Source: Mobula hypostoma (taxonomy: Eukaryota). Taken from it: a stretch of DNA of 64,000 nucleotides. Location of the stretch: the NCBI RefSeq assembly GCF_963921235.1, contig NC_086106.1:21762001-21826000 (forward strand). Direction: 5' to 3'. The notes below the pieces were generated by a model, which worked only from the letters and a program-made list of their open reading frames with translations, had not been told where the DNA came from and made no database searches. This document shows, piece after piece, positions 59,851-64,000 of the stretch; position 1 is the first letter of the stretch; each line of letters begins with the position of its first letter. Both the position numbers and the translations under genes were made by a program.

Positions 59851-62465
59851 TACCATCGGCACCTTTACAAAAGGAAAACAAAAAAAAACAAAAAAACAAA
59901 AAAAAAACGGTTATTAGCAGGACATGATGGGCCTGCACAGACTACAGCAGGATTTTATTAATCAGGAAACCGGTATGTAGATGTTCTTAAATCATCTCCA
60001 TATTAATTATCGTCTGTACCTTTTTCAGGAAAAGTGTCTGGATACATTGACATCAAACCTCTTCAAGATACCCAACACAACATTCTCATTTACTTCGAAA
60101 TGTAATTAATTATCTCAGTACTATCATTCATATTCTCTACATTGTTCTCCTTAATCAGACGCAAGAACAGAGAAAACAAAACCTCTGAAATCTGATTCAC
60201 GTTGTAGTTCTCTGAAATCTTTTGAAGTGATTATATAAAGGAAAGGGTTTTTTGCAAACATGGGGATAATTCACGCAACAGGAAGTGGGGCTTTCCACTG
60301 GCGACGTTCCAAAAATATACTTTCGAGACGTTTTGGAAGGGCAGATTTACATGATACAATGTGATCTCACATTTTTTGGAGATCTTATTCTAATAATCTC
60401 AACCTGAATGGATTGTGTTTTCCGTTGGTCGGTCGCATTTAAATGGAGAGTTTTGGAATTTTAGTGTGCTTGATAAATGTTATTTTATGACCCTGCGACA
60501 TTTCTTGGACATGGTCAAATGATTTTGACATTGTATTCAGACATATCCATTACGGACACATTCCATGGAAAGATGTTGTGGAATTTTCATCTTAAGAATC
60601 AATGGTTCTGATTCTTCTGGCGTGCTTAAGGGAGGGGTGCAGTATTGGTGTCACTTTCTATTCCATCATCAATGTCACTTTTTTCCAGCTGACCCAATCG
60701 GCTATTCCAAGAACGACAATCAAATGAGTAAATGGGCACGCATTTTGTAGTAAAAAAAAATGGTCTACCCAGGCGTTAAAATGATAGTGGGGGTCGATTT
60801 TAGAACAGTTTCTACGTACACGCTGAGTCTGTTATCAGAGGTGATGAAGCGATAGCTGGGATATATCATTTCAATAGTCTTATCTCAATATTCTCCTGTT
60901 AATCGAACCCTCCATATTTTCTTAACGAGGAATGGTCGCTGCAGGGAAGTATCCTGTCCGGTTCTGCCTGACAATTTGAAAATAAATACAGACCACTGCA
61001 TTCAGACAGTTATTTTCGGGGATATGAATTTACCATATTGCCAGCGGGTCAGTATGCGAGTTGCGAGCTATTGTGAGAACTTGAGACTTCGATTAGAACG
61101 AAGAACAGTTAATGTTTCATGTCTGAATCCCAGTTTGTTTGTTTTTTTTTCCCAGCTCCCTGGTAATTCTGTGAAAGATAAACCTAAATTTGTAATTAAT
61201 CTCGATGCTGCACCCCCTGATCAGTAAGACCATTTTCTGGCAGTATGTCAGACATGTTGCTGGGAAGATGTTGATCTCATCGTGCTCTTCTTCATAACCA
61301 GTTATTTTCTGTCTATGTGCAGTCGACCGGAAACAGTTTGTTTTTTCGTTCCTTGGGACACACAGGTGTTTCCTTTCAGTTGTTTCAGTAAAGTCAAATG
61401 TTGGACTCCGTCCACAGAAATTGAATAACAGATGCAGATTACATGTGGACGGGAAAAGAAATTAAATGCAAAGTTCCAATAAGCGTCAATCCTTCCATGA
61501 TGCATTTCGCCTGTAATCGCATTAAACATGTGCAAGATTGGTGAAAGTATTAAACGATCAGTTTAAGTTGCATGGATGAATACAATATATGAAAAACTAG
61601 TTTATCTTTAACATTGTGTTGCTTTTCAAACTTAAAGGAAAGTCTTTCAAGCACATGTTGCACTACTGCCATGACTGAGGAAATGGAACACAGGATTAAA
61701 ACTGCGGGCAGATTAATCGTCTCTTTAAACTATTCTATCAGTCAATTGATACCATCCAATTTAATTTGAGGTATCTTCCAAAATAAGTTGCCTATGTTGA
61801 TTCCACACGCTGTATCACACAACCATTCTGACCTTCTCTCATATAGATTATATAATTGCTTTACAAATGAACTTAGATTAATGGGTAAACAACGTTTATT
61901 TTCAATTCTGTCTCACTCCCCTTTTTACCGGTTTTCTGTCACAAGGATACAATATTTCACAGTCCGGCACAAATAGACGTTGACAATGTAACTGAACGGA
62001 AACAGCTGTGCATTCTGTGCTTAAAAAAGTTGTTTCCAGCACAACCATCAGTGGAAGAATGCCTGCCAAGGAAATTCCTAACCAAAGTCTTCAAAATCTG
62101 CCCCGATAATCACACATTGCACTAGAATGAAATGTGTATGATCAGCCATGATTACATTTTAGGCTGGGGCAGCTGCGAAATGCAGTATGGTCTTCCTACT
62201 TTATTCTCCCTGGTTCGATGAATTCCCATTTAAACATTTATTAAATCATTAAACATGCATATCACCGCATTTAAATCATGAATGTCGCCACACCGTGTGA
62301 GTAACGATATGGAACCATGTCATCAGGGAGAAAATTCCGGATATTATTTGTAAAAATGACGCAATGATTTTATTTTATTTCATCTTAGGTGATTTCAATT
62401 TCTTGAGAAGGCAGTGCAAGAATGGTACCATATCTGCATGGTACGTTATCTTGCAAGAACAGAAA

Positions 62466-64000
62466 AATATAGAAGTAGAAACATAGAAAATAGGTGCAGG
62501 AGTAGGCCATTCGGCCCTTCGAGCCTGCACCGCCATTTATTATGATCATGGCTGATCATCCAACTCAGAACCCCGCCCCAGCCTTCCCTCCATACCCCCC
62601 GATCCCGGTAGCCACAAGGGCCATATCTAACTCCCTCTTAAATATAGCCAATGAACTGGCCTCAACTGTTTCCTGCGGCAGAGAATTCCACAGATTCACC
62701 ACTCTCTGTGTGAAGAAGTTTTTCCTAATCTCAGTCCTAAAAGGCTTCCCCTTTATCCTCAAACTGTGACCCTTTGTTCTCGACTTTCCCAACATCGGGA
62801 ACAATCTTCCTGCATCTAGTCTGTCCAATCCCTTTAGGATTTTATACGTTTCAATCAGATCCCCCCTCAATCTTCTAAATTCCAACGAGTACAAGCCCAG
62901 TTCATCCAGTCTTTCTTCATATGAAAGTCCTGCCATCCCAGGAATCAATCAGGTCAACCTTCTTTGTACTCCCTCTATGGCAAGGATGTCTTTCCTCAGA
63001 TTAGAGGACCAAAACTGCACACAATACTCCAGGTGTGGTCTCACCAAGGCCTTGTACAACTGCAGTAGTACCTCCCTGCTCCTGTACTCGAACCCTCTCG
63101 CTATAAATGCCAGCATACCATTCGCCTTCTTCACCGCCTGCTGTACCTGCATGCTCACTTTCAATGACTGGTGTATAATTACACGCAGGTCTCGTTGCAC
63201 CTCCCCTTTTCCTAATCGGCCACCATGCAGATAATAATCTGCTTTCGTATTTTTGCCACCAAAGTGGATAACTTCACATTTATCCACATTAAATTGCATC
63301 TGCCATGAATTTGCCCACTCACCCAACCTATCCAATTCACTCTGCATCCTCTTAGCATCCTCCTCACAGCTAACACTGCCACCCAGCTTCGTGGCATCCG
63401 CAAACTTGGAGATGCTGCATTTAATTCCCTCATCCAAGTCATTAATATATATTGAAAACAAATGGGGTCCCAGCACTGAGCCTTGTGGTACCCCACTAGT
63501 CACCGCCTGCCATTATGAAAAGGTCCCGTTTATTCCTACTCCTTGCTTCCTGTCTGCTAACCAATTCTCCATCCACATCAATGCCATACCCCCAATACCG
63601 TGTGCTTTAAGTTTGCACACTAATCTCCTGTGTGGGAACTTGTCAAAAGCCTTTTGAAAATCCAAATATACCACATCCACTGGTTATCTCCTATCCACTC
63701 TACGAGTTACATCCTCAAAAAATTCTATGAGATTCGTCAGACATGATTTTCCTTTCACAAATCCATGCTGACTTTGTCCGATGATTTCAACGCTTTCCAA
63801 ATTTGCTGTTATCACATCATTGATAACTGACTCCAGCAGTTTCTCCACCACCGACGTTAGGCTAACCGGTCTATAATTCCCCGGTTTCTCTCTCCCTCCT
63901 TTTTTAAACAGTGGGGTTACACTAGCCACCCTCCAATCCTCAGGAACTAGTCCAGAATCTAACGAGTTTTGAAAAGTTATCACTAATGCATCCATTATTT
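62466..64000 (-). mobile_element. CR1 LINE ORF2 RT and 3'UTR, among the youngest copies, runs off the window
   Basis: [57 protein letters not shown]; in-frame TGA at 62949-62951; TTTCTATG tail. Confidence 0.95.

Overview
Repeat-dominated vertebrate genomic DNA. The repeat families point to a cartilaginous fish, probably a ray (inference). No host protein-coding gene is supportable: nearly all listed ORFs are decayed retroelement pieces or read-through of minisatellites. Content: many CR1 and Rex1/Babar (L2-group) LINE fragments, often nested; one full-length but disabled L1 (42637-48444) with TSD; three Ty3/Gypsy remnants, one retaining two 700-bp LTRs, a perfect tRNA-Pro PBS and a PPT (52848-57034); a clustered family of ~1.4-kb TG..CA solo-LTR-like elements with internal minisatellites and 5-bp TSDs; a Tc1 remnant; an R4/Dong-type RLE LINE fragment; one tRNA-Thr(CGT) gene (15333-15404, minus); and a 136-N gap. 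The most interesting signal is a set of five Penelope-derived short repeats carrying a minimal type-I hammerhead ribozyme motif. One is a 97-bp insertion flanked by a perfect 17-bp TSD whose hammerhead core is intact (15748-15783, minus). An old duplicated non-coding module with a conserved octamer and E-box is also present (51400-52360 / 57630-59270). Most boundaries of old repeats are by-eye estimates; family assignments rest on recalled motifs, not database searches.
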